From the IMG/VR virus record IMGVR_UViG_3300012984_000012, positions 1 through 64,000 of that record: 64,000 nucleotides of DNA. One strand, given 5' to 3'. Origin of the DNA: a virus. The stretch's first letter is position 1; the number at the start of each line of letters is the position of its first letter. Under the pieces are notes generated by a model that searched no databases, had not been told where the DNA came from, and saw only the letters and a program-made list of their open reading frames with translations. Both the position numbers and the translations under genes were made by a program. Positions 1 to 10,257 of the stretch are shown piece after piece.

Positions 1-609
1 ATCGTTTCGCTTTCTTCTTTTTGGTTTTATAGCGCGAGCTCCATGTGCAGCTAACCAATCGCCCAATGCCTTAGGAGTGGTGTTGAAATACTTCTTCAAG
101 TCAGCAGCTGAAAAACCCGTGTCCATGTTGCCCAACATGCCATCGTAATCTTGCAACCCGATCGAATTGGGTCTGACGAGGTAACGAATGTACTCGATGT
201 CCTCTCCCATCTCAACTCTCATCGTGAATGCATCAGTCAGCGCCTCTAATGCGACCTGATCGGAGAGTTGCTCTTGCTTAGGAGATTCGTCAGACGATTC
301 ATGAATCATTGTTCTGATCAACTCTCTCAGCTTTGATTCCGTGATTCGAATCACGCTAAGCGTCTCTTTTCCTTCTGACGTATTACGTGCAGGAGCAAAC
401 TGAAACGTCAGAGTATTTTCGTCACGTGACACCGTAACGTTATGCTTGGGATACTTCGATCCGAACGCAGCCCAAGAAAACTCAGCAGCATCTGGGTTTG
501 CAAACGTTCCCGTCACTGTCAGGCCATCCGGACTGACGTCTACTTTGGCGCCCCGGCGAGGCAGGGCACCCATGACTTGACGATACGCGTAATCATTCGC
601 TGGTTTCAT
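1..609 (-). CDS. Hypothetical protein, runs off the window start; internal 'IRITESKLRELIRTMIHE' motif
   Basis: Translated manually (absent from the ORF track because there is no stop in the window). ATG at 609 follows AGGA, just downstream of the sheath stop; frame open to position 1 (MKPANDYAYRQ...). A possible internal GTG start lies at 354. Confidence 0.7.
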   Translation of the reverse strand, partial: MKPANDYAYRQVMGALPRRGAKVDVSPDGLTVTGTFANPDAAEFSWAAFGSKYPKHNVTVSRDENTLTFQFAPARNTSEGKETLSVIRITESKLRELIRTMIHESSDESPKQEQLSDQVALEALTDAFTMRVEMGEDIEYIRYLVRPNSIGLQDYDGMLGNMDTGFSAADLKKYFNTTPKALGDWLAAHGARAIKPKRRKRND

Positions 610-621
610 GCTCTATCCTAA

Positions 622-3600
622 TCAACCGTTCTCAGAGATGTTGTTAGCAACGACGAAGTCAAGCGCGACGTACTCAATAGACTTGGTCGGTTGCACGAAG
701 ATCTTACCGCGGATGGTGTTGTTCTCCACGTCGGCCTGTGTCGTGGTCGAGCTGTCGATGATGACCCTGAACCTCTCGAGACCGGCAAGCGCCTGGATCC
801 TCTGCAAGCGCGGGGTGACCGCAGCAGAGAACTTGGCGAGGGTGGTGTCGCGATTCGGCTCAAAGATGATGGTCTGCGCGATGTCACGGACCTGGCGACG
901 GATGTCGATCAACAAGCGCCTGACATTGACACGATCCAAGGCGCTGGCGGCTGCTTGAAGCGTCTTCTGACCCCAGACCACCACTCCACCCTTCGGGTTG
1001 GTACCTGCCGAGGCGTTGCCCGGGAAGGCAACCAACGGGTTGATGCTGACGTCATACAACGTGTCCATGTTGTTCTTTGACAACTGGACGCGAGCCTCGA
1101 GGGTCGTCTGCAACGCGCCTCGAGCGAAGCCTGCTGGAGCGAACCATGGGTGACCCAGCTTGTCATTCAAGGCAAGGGCACCGAGGACGGCCACGGAAGG
1201 AGGAGCGAAGACGTTGGTGCCGGTGTTCGGGTCTGGCATCAACACGTCAGGGAAGTAAGCCGCTGCAAAGCTGCTGTCAAGAGCCCTGTTTCGGAAGTTG
1301 TCGACCGTCAGCTGCACGGACGGCAGTTGGTTGTCGCTGATCACGTTATCATCGTTGCTGTCGTGTTGCTCAATGTCCATGATGAACAAGGCATCGAACC
1401 GTTCCTCGACAGAGTTGATCGCGTAGTTCGTGACCGCAGGTTCCCTGACGCCAGGCAAGGCCAACAGCATGACGTCAACGTTGGTTGAGTTTTTCATGAT
1501 GTCGAGCGCCTTGGTGTAAGCGGTGACAGAAGGCCCATCGTTGCGGCCGCGGTTGCTGTCGCCCATGTCGGCGACGACGGCGTTGTTGTTGATCTCAGAC
1601 TCGTCCTTGTCGAACAGGTTCACGCCGTCGAAGCCACCTTGCATGAAGAAGGAGTACTTGAGGAAACGCCTGTTGGCCTGGATGAAGTCGTCTGCCTTGA
1701 CGCGACGGGTCGCCGTCGAGTCGTCGATGTTGATGTTTCCATCACGGACGTAGATCGCGTTGGCCCACTTGGATGGGTCAGCGAGGCCGGTCGAACCGGT
1801 GACGACCTTCACGTTCTCAAGCGTGAAGCCGTTGCGGCAGAACTTATCAGAATCGAGCTCGCCGTTCTGCGACGTCGCTGGCACGCCTGCGTTATCACCG
1901 ACCACGACGTTCTGTTGTGTCTCAGAGAAATCTGGGAAGTACTTGGCGAAGGCCGCGAGCGACTTGTCCTGCAAGGTGCTGGCGTTTGGTGTGGTCAGGC
2001 TGGTGACGTGCTCAAAACGAGCGCCCCAGTAGAGCAACGGATTGACGGACAGCTTTTGGCCCGAGCCTTGCGTGATGTTCTTACGAAGAGGCACAGGTGC
2101 CTCGATGACGCGCTTGAGAGCTTCGGTCGTGGTGAGCTGCGTCGAAGACGGGCTCGTCAGCGGCGCTGAACCCGAGGTGATCAGGTGTTGTGGACCACGG
2201 AATCCGAACGGAAGCGCTGTCGCGTCGACGGTCTGGTTGTCAACGTCATCAGAGACCTCAACCCGAATGAGGTTCGAGTTGTTCGGATAGTTTCCTTCCA
2301 CGACCAGCTTCTGGCTGGCTTCTGCCTGGTCGAAGTTGTAGAAGATGTGTGCATCACCGATGACCTGAGCGATGTAACGATCTGAGCTCGGGTCGAGGTT
2401 CATGCCCCTCCATTGCTCGAGTGGCTTCAGGTTTCCGTCATTATCGTTCCAGTCGCGAACGACCAGGTCGAAGCTACCGTACCTGTTGTTCGGATCAGTC
2501 GATGGGACGATGTTCTCGATCGATAGCTTGAAGTTTGTTGAGATCCCGGTGCCAGCGTCGAGGGCGTGCAGCTTGAACAGGTTCGTAGCAACACCACCGA
2601 ACTTCTGTGAGATCACCCAAGGAGAGTGAGCATGAGCAAAACGATCGGTAAAAGACTCGTAGTTCGGGATCACGTCGCTGCCTGCATTGTAAGCAGCAGA
2701 TCCCGTTGTCAAGAACGCAGCGACCTCAGAACCAGGTTTTGGTGCTGTCGAAGCGCCGGCACCTGACAACGCAGACACGATGCCCGATCCGGTGACGACA
2801 GCCGTGGCCGGATGAACGTCCCACGAGGCGTACAGGAGGTGACCTGCCTGTTGGTACTTCAGCGGGTCCCTGTTGAGGACGTTAGCAAAGTAGTTGGGTG
2901 ACGTCATGTCGAACGATGCCGTGATGACGTTCGGATACAAGGGATCGATCCCCTGGTGACCGTTGAGCAAGAGCACGAAGTCCTGCTTGGCCACGCCCGC
3001 ATCCAGCAGGTTGACAGCACCGTAGATGCGACCTTGAGAGCTTTGTTCCGTGGCAACCAGGTTCGAAGCTGGGTTCAATGACGCGGTGATCGAAGACGAC
3101 AAACGAAGGATGACTCCGGACGGAGCCAACATGACGCCACGAACGATCGGAACTGCGGTGTTAACCCCGGGAGTGATGCTGCCCTGTCCTTGGAGACCCG
3201 CGTCGGAGAAGACGGTCGAACCAGCGGACTCTGACATGAAAGCGCCAAGGAAGAACGTGCGACCGGTGACGCTGTTGCTACCCGAGTTAGCGTATGGGTT
3301 ACCGACCAACAGGCCATCGTTGACTCGCGGTTGGTTCTCACCGACCGTGAAGCCAGCCGCAGTGACGCTGCCGTCCTGATTACGCTTCTTGCCGTCGCCG
3401 ATACCAAGAACCCTAAGGAACGTGACAGCACCAGCGTTTCGCAACCACTCGGTTACTGCCAGAGGCCCGAACTTCTTGCCGTCAGTCAGACCGAACTTAG
3501 CGTAGAAATCGCTAAGGGATCCGACCGTTACTGGGACGAATGCGGGGCCTTGAAGGGCCGTGCCGACGATGCCCGCCGGGATGCCGACGGGTTGTTGAGC

Positions 3601-3666
3601 GACCGGTCCGGAGATGTCGATCTCCTTTGCTGTAACGCCCGCGCTGCCGAATTTGAGTTGTGCCAT
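622..3666 (-). CDS. Tail sheath protein, paralog 2 (T4 gp18-like)
   Basis: N-terminal SAGVTAKEID...GPAFVP and C-terminal PWFAPAGFARG, INPL, VWGQKTLQ...SALDRVNVRRL, FEPN, IEY motifs typical of contractile sheath proteins; GAGGA SD. Confidence 0.95.
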   Translation of the reverse strand: MAQLKFGSAGVTAKEIDISGPVAQQPVGIPAGIVGTALQGPAFVPVTVGSLSDFYAKFGLTDGKKFGPLAVTEWLRNAGAVTFLRVLGIGDGKKRNQDGSVTAAGFTVGENQPRVNDGLLVGNPYANSGSNSVTGRTFFLGAFMSESAGSTVFSDAGLQGQGSITPGVNTAVPIVRGVMLAPSGVILRLSSSITASLNPASNLVATEQSSQGRIYGAVNLLDAGVAKQDFVLLLNGHQGIDPLYPNVITASFDMTSPNYFANVLNRDPLKYQQAGHLLYASWDVHPATAVVTGSGIVSALSGAGASTAPKPGSEVAAFLTTGSAAYNAGSDVIPNYESFTDRFAHAHSPWVISQKFGGVATNLFKLHALDAGTGISTNFKLSIENIVPSTDPNNRYGSFDLVVRDWNDNDGNLKPLEQWRGMNLDPSSDRYIAQVIGDAHIFYNFDQAEASQKLVVEGNYPNNSNLIRVEVSDDVDNQTVDATALPFGFRGPQHLITSGSAPLTSPSSTQLTTTEALKRVIEAPVPLRKNITQGSGQKLSVNPLLYWGARFEHVTSLTTPNASTLQDKSLAAFAKYFPDFSETQQNVVVGDNAGVPATSQNGELDSDKFCRNGFTLENVKVVTGSTGLADPSKWANAIYVRDGNINIDDSTATRRVKADDFIQANRRFLKYSFFMQGGFDGVNLFDKDESEINNNAVVADMGDSNRGRNDGPSVTAYTKALDIMKNSTNVDVMLLALPGVREPAVTNYAINSVEERFDALFIMDIEQHDSNDDNVISDNQLPSVQLTVDNFRNRALDSSFAAAYFPDVLMPDPNTGTNVFAPPSVAVLGALALNDKLGHPWFAPAGFARGALQTTLEARVQLSKNNMDTLYDVSINPLVAFPGNASAGTNPKGGVVVWGQKTLQAAASALDRVNVRRLLIDIRRQVRDIAQTIIFEPNRDTTLAKFSAAVTPRLQRIQALAGLERFRVIIDSSTTTQADVENNTIRGKIFVQPTKSIEYVALDFVVANNISENG

Positions 3667-3757
3667 GATCCTCTAGGTTGTAAGTATCAGACAGTCGAGG
3701 TTCCTTGCGAAGGAACTATACCGACGTAAAATTTGCGAGCCGTTTTTGCAGCAGACT

Positions 3758-6700
3758 TTACACGAATTGGACGCCGCTGTTGGTGATGATGAAGTCCACC
3801 GCAATGAACTCGATCACCTTTGTCGGCACCACGACCACACGACCGTTGAGCTTGTTGAGGTCGATGTCTTCCTGTGTGTTGTTCGTCTCATTGCAGATGA
3901 CTTGAAACGCCTCGATGCCTTGCTGGGCCTGGATCAGACCAAGCTGCAACACGGAGTCTGCGACAAACTTGTTACGCACCGCTGCAGTGTTCTGCTCGAA
4001 CACCATCTGGTTTGCAATGCTGATGATGATGCGCTTGACTTCCAACATCAAACGGCGGACGTTGACCCGATCGAGCGCAGTCTTGGCGACTTGCAGCGTC
4101 TTCTGACCGTAGATGACGAATCCGAGACGTGGGAAGGTCGCGATCGGATTGATCCTAGAGTCGTACAGGGTGTCCCTGTCGCTGACGTTCAAACGAACCT
4201 CAACGTTGGTCACGAAATCCAGACCTGCACGGTTGAAGCCAGCAGGTGCGAACCACGGGTAAGCGACCCTGTCATTGAAAGCCAGCGCGCCCATCGCTGC
4301 GACAGAAGACGGGACCTTCAGGCGACGACGGTTCGTCGCGTCGTCAACGAAGACGTTCGGAAAATACGTACCAGCGTAGTTGTTATCGATCGCTCGACCG
4401 TCGAGCGCCGCAGCCGTCTTGTTGACGTCAGGTCGACCCGACGAGTCATCGTACAAGCGAGCAGCTGAGTCATCGTAAGACGCAATGTCCATGACATAGA
4501 AGGCTAGACCGTAATCACGTACCTTCGCCATGGCGTAGTCGGTTACGAACGATTCACGGATGCCAGGGATCGCCAGGATGTTCGTGTTAACGACCAGTGG
4601 GTCAGTCATGATGTCGATCGCCGTCGTGTACGACAGGACGTTCGAGTTATCCTGTCCTGTGCCGTTCGGATTGACCAACAGGCCCGGAGCAACGTATCCC
4701 ACTGCAGCGCCGCCGCCAGCGTCAAATGATGTCGAACGATCATTGAGACGGCGAGCGTCTCTGTCAAGGATGTTGACGCCGTCGTAGCCACCGTACATCA
4801 TGTTCGTGAACTTGGTGAACGGAGCCCACTTGTTGAAGTTTGCCGCCGTGTCCTGCGCAAGGACAGTAGCGAGAGTGATGCGCTTGCCGATGCTGGTGCT
4901 GACCGTGTATTGCGACAGGTCCAGCTTGGCGTCACGTAGGTACGCTGCCTCACGAATGTGATCCTGGATCGTGCCGGTCAGGTGGGTGATGGCCGTGTTC
5001 GAGAACGCCACCTTCGCTAGCGTGAACTTGTTGTTATTGAAGGTGTCAGCGCCAGAGCCCGTGACAAGGACATCGAGCTTCTTGATGCCCAAGAACTTCG
5101 TGTAGGCCTCGAGTAACCTGTTCTTCTCTGAGGCCAGGTTTGCGTTCAACGGATCGGTGTTACGCTCGAACTTGATACCCCAGTGAAGCTGGGTGTTTGC
5201 GAGCTCGGTCGGACCCGGAGCACCCTCGAAGGCTGAAGCCAACGGGATGTCACCCTTGGTTACCTTGAACCTGAACGGAACGGGAGGAAGAATCGATCCT
5301 GACAGCGCTGAACCAGAGCTGACGCCCAGCACGCCGACGACCCTTGCCGTAGCAGAGCCTGCGTCAGTCAGGGAATCGTTCGTCTTCAGGACTTCCACGC
5401 CGCGGAAACCAAAAGGCAACGACTTGGCAGGAACCAATCCCCTGTCAACAGCGTCAGAAACGTGGACGCGAACCAACTTAGAGACGTTCTCGTACTTTCC
5501 GGTCGCAACGACACGACGCTCGGTCGTGATCGAAGAGTCGAAATTGTAGAAGACGTGGCGATCGCCCACTAGCTTGGCGATGTAGTTGTCAGCGTTCGGA
5601 TCTAGCGAGCAGTTCGGGAATGACTCAAGGACAGATGGGTTCTGGTCCGTGTCGTTCCAGTCCCTGATCTGCAGAGTGAACGTGCCGAAAGGCTTTGACT
5701 CGTCGAGCGAGGCCTTGAGGTTCGTGATCGACACCTTGTAGAGACGGTTAGCGAACTCACCGTCGTCGAGGGCCTCAACGTAGAAGAGATCGTATTCTGT
5801 CGCACCGAACGGCTGCGAGATGAACATCGACGTCTTGGGAGTCTGATACCTCGTGTCGAAGGCACCGTACGCCTGTCGCATGATCAGGCTGCTGTTTCCA
5901 GAGGTGTTGCTCGTTGCCGTTGAGCCTGACAGGACAGCGACGGTGACAGGGAACGCAACCTCATCATCGACAGCAAAGTCACCGTAGAGCAGGTGTTGCT
6001 CTTGCACGAACTTGTCAGGGTCGGTGTTGAGGATCTTTCCGAAGTAATCAGCGTCAGTTGGATTCAGGGACGCTGTCAGGATCTTGACGCCAGGGTTTCC
6101 GTCCGTGTTGACGAACGAGTTACCCAACGTCGAAGAGATGATCAGCTTGAACTTGCCGTTGACAGGCGTCGCGAGGTCATCGGGCCCGGCTGCGGTGAAT
6201 GCACCGACTGAGCTCTCATTGCCGTCTTGCACCATCATGCGAGCGCCGGAGGCTAGCAAGACCATTCCGCGAATCAGGTTAACGAAGCTACCGTTGAAGC
6301 TGTCGTTGTCAGTAAACATGGGAACACCTGAGGCCTCTGCGCTCTGCAAGGTGTGACGTGCCGCAAGAAACTGGACTGCTCCAACGTGGCGACCATGCGA
6401 GTCATCAGCAGCTGTCGAGCCGTTCAGGTAAAAGCCTGCGTTCTTGACTCGGCCCGTCTGTTGGGCGACGGCAATGTCGCCGTCGGTGGAGTTGTTACCG
6501 GCGCCGAGGACACGCAGGTACGTCAGCGAGGAGCGGTGCTTCAGGAACTCGTTGACCGCGTACGGGCCGAAACGCTTCGGGTCTAGGTTTCCGAACGTAG
6601 CTGCAAACTCGTTGAAGTTAGCGACGGTCACCGGAACGAAGGCCGGGCCTTTGTTAGCGGTGCCAATCACGCCAGCAGGGACGCCGACTGGGCCTCGCAA

Positions 6701-6772
6701 TTGGGGCGCGGACAGGTCAATCTCCCGCTCGTAGAAATTTGGTGACCTGAAAGTTTGTTCGGTTCCGGACAT
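3758..6772 (-). CDS. Tail sheath protein, paralog 1 (T4 gp18-like)
   Basis: SPNFYEREID...KGPAFVP, PWFAPAGFNR, INPI, YGQKTLQ...ALDRVNVRRL, FEQN and IEFI motifs; GAGGAG SD. Confidence 0.95.
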   Translation of the reverse strand: MSGTEQTFRSPNFYEREIDLSAPQLRGPVGVPAGVIGTANKGPAFVPVTVANFNEFAATFGNLDPKRFGPYAVNEFLKHRSSLTYLRVLGAGNNSTDGDIAVAQQTGRVKNAGFYLNGSTAADDSHGRHVGAVQFLAARHTLQSAEASGVPMFTDNDSFNGSFVNLIRGMVLLASGARMMVQDGNESSVGAFTAAGPDDLATPVNGKFKLIISSTLGNSFVNTDGNPGVKILTASLNPTDADYFGKILNTDPDKFVQEQHLLYGDFAVDDEVAFPVTVAVLSGSTATSNTSGNSSLIMRQAYGAFDTRYQTPKTSMFISQPFGATEYDLFYVEALDDGEFANRLYKVSITNLKASLDESKPFGTFTLQIRDWNDTDQNPSVLESFPNCSLDPNADNYIAKLVGDRHVFYNFDSSITTERRVVATGKYENVSKLVRVHVSDAVDRGLVPAKSLPFGFRGVEVLKTNDSLTDAGSATARVVGVLGVSSGSALSGSILPPVPFRFKVTKGDIPLASAFEGAPGPTELANTQLHWGIKFERNTDPLNANLASEKNRLLEAYTKFLGIKKLDVLVTGSGADTFNNNKFTLAKVAFSNTAITHLTGTIQDHIREAAYLRDAKLDLSQYTVSTSIGKRITLATVLAQDTAANFNKWAPFTKFTNMMYGGYDGVNILDRDARRLNDRSTSFDAGGGAAVGYVAPGLLVNPNGTGQDNSNVLSYTTAIDIMTDPLVVNTNILAIPGIRESFVTDYAMAKVRDYGLAFYVMDIASYDDSAARLYDDSSGRPDVNKTAAALDGRAIDNNYAGTYFPNVFVDDATNRRRLKVPSSVAAMGALAFNDRVAYPWFAPAGFNRAGLDFVTNVEVRLNVSDRDTLYDSRINPIATFPRLGFVIYGQKTLQVAKTALDRVNVRRLMLEVKRIIISIANQMVFEQNTAAVRNKFVADSVLQLGLIQAQQGIEAFQVICNETNNTQEDIDLNKLNGRVVVVPTKVIEFIAVDFIITNSGVQFV

Positions 6773-6843
6773 TACTGTGCTCCTCTACGCTTTGGAATAG
6801 CTACAATAAGTATCATTGGCGTGTCTTAAAACCAAACACGCGC

Positions 6844-8238
6844 TCAGTCATCAGTGACCACGATCGTCAAGCCTCCCAGGTCAGTACCAGGAGCAAAAAC
6901 GGTCTCACCAGTGAACCGATTGGTGTTGACGACCCTGGCGTACTTCGTCACCTGGTTGCCGTTACGATCGATCCCTGTTATCTTTTTGTACTGCGCTTGG
7001 GGGCGACCCTTGCCCAAGGCCGCTAACGCTGGGTCGTTAGGTGACGTGACCTTCGATCCCGGGTACAATCGAGTTCGACCAGTGTTACGTTGGTCACGTC
7101 TCTTGTTCGGAGCATCGTCAAGGGGCAACGTCGGATCGTCCGATCCCAGGAACGGATCGCCTGCATCTGAACCGATCTCTTCGCCAGCGTTCAATCCGAT
7201 ATCAAACGAAATGACAGGAGACGACACGTAACGCTTGACGGGAACTGGAGCTCCTGGCACGCCAGAGGCGAGGATGTAACCAGGGACCTTGATAGTGAAC
7301 TTGTACTTGATCAGTCGCTCTTCTTGCGACATGTCGTCGAAATTGTTTTCTGCGTTATACACGTTGCCATCGACGGTCGCGATGAACCAGTAACCCTTTG
7401 GGCTATCCAGGCGCCAGGCGTTGCCTTGAGGCAAGAAAGAAGAGATCAACATCTCAACCAATTGAAACATCTGAACCGTGTATTGCGTCCAGAACGTCAC
7501 CTCGTACACTGCTGTGAAAAACTGAGGTGCAGGAAGGACGAGCGTCTCATAGACGTTGTTCTTCTTGTCGTTAAGCAACAAACCCCCCTCTATGACCGTG
7601 GGATCATCAGCGAGGTCACCTATCTTACGAGAGGTGATAAGTTGAGACGATGCAGCTGTGGTGGCGGTGTACGCTACGAAGGGTTGGCCGCTCTCATCAA
7701 CGATCCTATCTCCGTTTTCATTGAGAACGTAATACGTGATGACGTCAAGGCTATCATTCGTCTTCACCGCCAAGTTGGTCTGGTGATTTATCCCGAGCCT
7801 GTTGATGAGTCCCTGGTACGCACGATCAGAATTGTCTAGCCTTCTCTTAACGACTATCTCGCCCGTCTGTTGATTGATACCTCGACCTGTGATGTCCTCG
7901 TCTGGTGTCTGTTGGATCGTCGTTCGGATGACCGTGATCAGGGGAAGTATCAATGCTCCGTTACGATCACGAACGCCACGACTGCGTTTGGCTAACGCCC
8001 ACTTCTCAGCAGCCGAGAAGATGATCGGAACCCGTTTCATCTCTCCACGGTTTTTGTCGCTGGTGCTGACCTGGAACGGGATCTCCTTGTCGAACAGATT
8101 GAACAACGCAGCGTCTACGTCCTCGACGCCACACGCAGGAACCGTCAGGTCAGAGGGCGATGACTTGGTCCCGTAGCCAGTCTGGATTCCGGCTACGTTA
8201 AAGTTAGGCATGCTGTTGCTGTTGAAACGTGTTGACAT
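6844..8238 (-). CDS. Putative tail terminator / sheath stabiliser (gp15-like)
   Basis: 464 aa, between neck genes and sheath; RVPIIF...EKW...LPLI and YEVTFWT motifs reminiscent of gp15-like proteins. Confidence 0.6.
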   Translation of the reverse strand: MSTRFNSNSMPNFNVAGIQTGYGTKSSPSDLTVPACGVEDVDAALFNLFDKEIPFQVSTSDKNRGEMKRVPIIFSAAEKWALAKRSRGVRDRNGALILPLITVIRTTIQQTPDEDITGRGINQQTGEIVVKRRLDNSDRAYQGLINRLGINHQTNLAVKTNDSLDVITYYVLNENGDRIVDESGQPFVAYTATTAASSQLITSRKIGDLADDPTVIEGGLLLNDKKNNVYETLVLPAPQFFTAVYEVTFWTQYTVQMFQLVEMLISSFLPQGNAWRLDSPKGYWFIATVDGNVYNAENNFDDMSQEERLIKYKFTIKVPGYILASGVPGAPVPVKRYVSSPVISFDIGLNAGEEIGSDAGDPFLGSDDPTLPLDDAPNKRRDQRNTGRTRLYPGSKVTSPNDPALAALGKGRPQAQYKKITGIDRNGNQVTKYARVVNTNRFTGETVFAPGTDLGGLTIVVTDD

Positions 8239-8921
8239 CAGCTATCGTCTTCGTCGTAAAACGAGCTCCCGTGGTGTGAGTTATCCTCGACGGCGCCCTT
8301 TTCAGAGACCTGCTTGGGACTGGTCAACGAAGGCTCGAGCACGCCTGCCTTCACCAGGTCACGAACGTCGCCGGTCGGGCCTTCTGAGTTCTCCTTGCGG
8401 CCTCGCTGCTGCTCAAACTTCTTTTGGACTGCGTCGGCCTCTGGCCTCGATATGTCAGTCGGTCCGATGATGGGAGCCTTGAATTGACCCTCACGTGCCT
8501 TTGTTCCAGTCAGCTTGACGCCGTCCTTGTGCTCAGGTAGGCCGTAGATGTTGCGCATGAACGAGCGCTCTGTGATCTCGTAAAACACGTCACTGAACGA
8601 AAAGAAGTCACCGATGGCAATGTTGATCCCTTTCTCGACCAGATCTCGGTGTTGGACGTAGACCTCGATCTTGTACTTTGAATCGATGCCGAAGGTGTCG
8701 ATCTTCGTGTCTGACTGAAAGTTGTTGTCAACCAACGCATCGATGATGATCGGACCGTCAAACACCTTCTCCATCGACTCGCCATAGATGCCGTTTGAGT
8801 TGGTCTTGGTCTCAGAGATCGAGTAATAGTAGATCTTCTGACCCACCACATCCTTGATGATCTCTTTGGTGATGTCTGAGATGAAGTTTAGCTCTCGTGG
8901 CGTGATGAAAAGACGTGACAT
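8238..8921 (-). CDS. Putative neck/head-closure protein (gp14-like)
   Basis: GQKIYYY...IYGE...F and IGDFF...FYEI pattern; synteny after the gp13-like gene. Confidence 0.65.
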   Translation of the reverse strand: MSRLFITPRELNFISDITKEIIKDVVGQKIYYYSISETKTNSNGIYGESMEKVFDGPIIIDALVDNNFQSDTKIDTFGIDSKYKIEVYVQHRDLVEKGINIAIGDFFSFSDVFYEITERSFMRNIYGLPEHKDGVKLTGTKAREGQFKAPIIGPTDISRPEADAVQKKFEQQRGRKENSEGPTGDVRDLVKAGVLEPSLTSPKQVSEKGAVEDNSHHGSSFYDEDDS

Positions 8922-8957
8922 CTTAGATCCTCGATCTTAAGTAGGAACAACTTCGAT

Positions 8958-10169
8958 CTATCCAATCACGATACTCTTGCCCAACGGCATGGGCACGTAC
9001 TTCAACGTCTTCTGCAGGCTCTCAGCGAGCGAGGCCTGTTGTTCCATCAAGGCCTGATTCGTCAGCTTGTCAAGCCACTCCCTGATCTGATCACGTAACC
9101 TCGTCTGGTCCTCACGACCTTGGTTTACGAGCGATTCACCGTTCAATTGCAGGTCAGCGTTGGGGATCGGGATGGTCTGAAACTTGCTACGTGTCAGGCC
9201 CAACACCTCTTTCGCGAGCGCTAGCGTGAACTGTCGGATCCACTGGCGTCCGGGCTGCGTGATCGTAGAAAACGGCAGGTTGTTGAGAGGCACGTTGCTG
9301 GGCCCAGAGATGCCGTATAGCGTGGAATCAACGCTGCCAGACAGCGAGCCACCGATGCCATTCGGATCCGTGGGATTGTTCGGTTGGGCGAACACCTTGA
9401 TGTAAAGCTTGCCCAGTTGCGACGTCAGGGTCGGGATCGGATAGATGCGAAGCCTGCTACCGATGACCTCATAGCTGTAGTTCGATCGACGGACACGAAA
9501 GGCAGTCTCTAGCATGCCCCTACGTAGGACGTCCTCGAACACTGGCAACACGTAGAAGATGGTGCTGTTGACGTACGACTCGTAATTGAAGTTCGTGGCT
9601 AGGAAGTTAGTGATGTTGCTAGCGTTGAGCAGCGAGGCCTGGGCAGCGATGGGCTCAAAGTGATAGACCTCTACGATCTTGATCCTGCCACGTGAACCAG
9701 ACGGGATCGACAGCCACAGGTTCTGGTCCATCGTCCCGCTCTCAGCACTCAATAGGTCGGCATAGATGTCATAGTCCTGTTTGCCATCGATCAAGCGGAT
9801 GTAACCCAGCTGAGCGTCATAAGGACCACCCATGAACGCCTCGGTCGCGTACGGTTCAGCCTGTCTGATGAGGAACTCGAGCGACTGACGCGGGTAGATG
9901 TTCGTGAGGTCCGTGCTGCCGGTCGGCAAGCCCAACACGTTGATCAGCTCTGACTGGATCTTCATCTCATGGACGAGCCTGCTGTACTCGCAACAGGCCT
10001 CCTCGAAACACGCCCAAATCTCTTTCTTCGTCAGCTCGACAGACAACACATCATCGCCTAGCTTGCGCTTGACGAACGTCACCATGCCATCAGCCTCCGC
10101 TTGAAACTGTGCGTCGCTGTCAAAGAACCCAAAGGGCGTAGGGGTTAAAGTTTCAATGAAGGTAGGCAT
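8958..10169 (-). CDS. Neck protein / head-tail adaptor (gp13-like)
   Basis: RKLG...VELT near the N-terminus and WIRQFTLALAKEVLGLTRSKF...IP...LNGESL near the C-terminus. Confidence 0.75.
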   Translation of the reverse strand: MPTFIETLTPTPFGFFDSDAQFQAEADGMVTFVKRKLGDDVLSVELTKKEIWACFEEACCEYSRLVHEMKIQSELINVLGLPTGSTDLTNIYPRQSLEFLIRQAEPYATEAFMGGPYDAQLGYIRLIDGKQDYDIYADLLSAESGTMDQNLWLSIPSGSRGRIKIVEVYHFEPIAAQASLLNASNITNFLATNFNYESYVNSTIFYVLPVFEDVLRRGMLETAFRVRRSNYSYEVIGSRLRIYPIPTLTSQLGKLYIKVFAQPNNPTDPNGIGGSLSGSVDSTLYGISGPSNVPLNNLPFSTITQPGRQWIRQFTLALAKEVLGLTRSKFQTIPIPNADLQLNGESLVNQGREDQTRLRDQIREWLDKLTNQALMEQQASLAESLQKTLKYVPMPLGKSIVIG

Positions 10170-10257
10170 GTCTCTTGCGATAAGTATGGTGCGGGCGCGT
10201 TACGCCCATGACCGTGCAACAAGTGTAATTGTGACGCCACGATTGTATGGTGATGTC

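Noticed and set aside
622-6772. Bacterial extracellular contractile injection system (multiple sheaths)
   Set aside because: Capsid, portal, terminase and protease genes show this is a phage.
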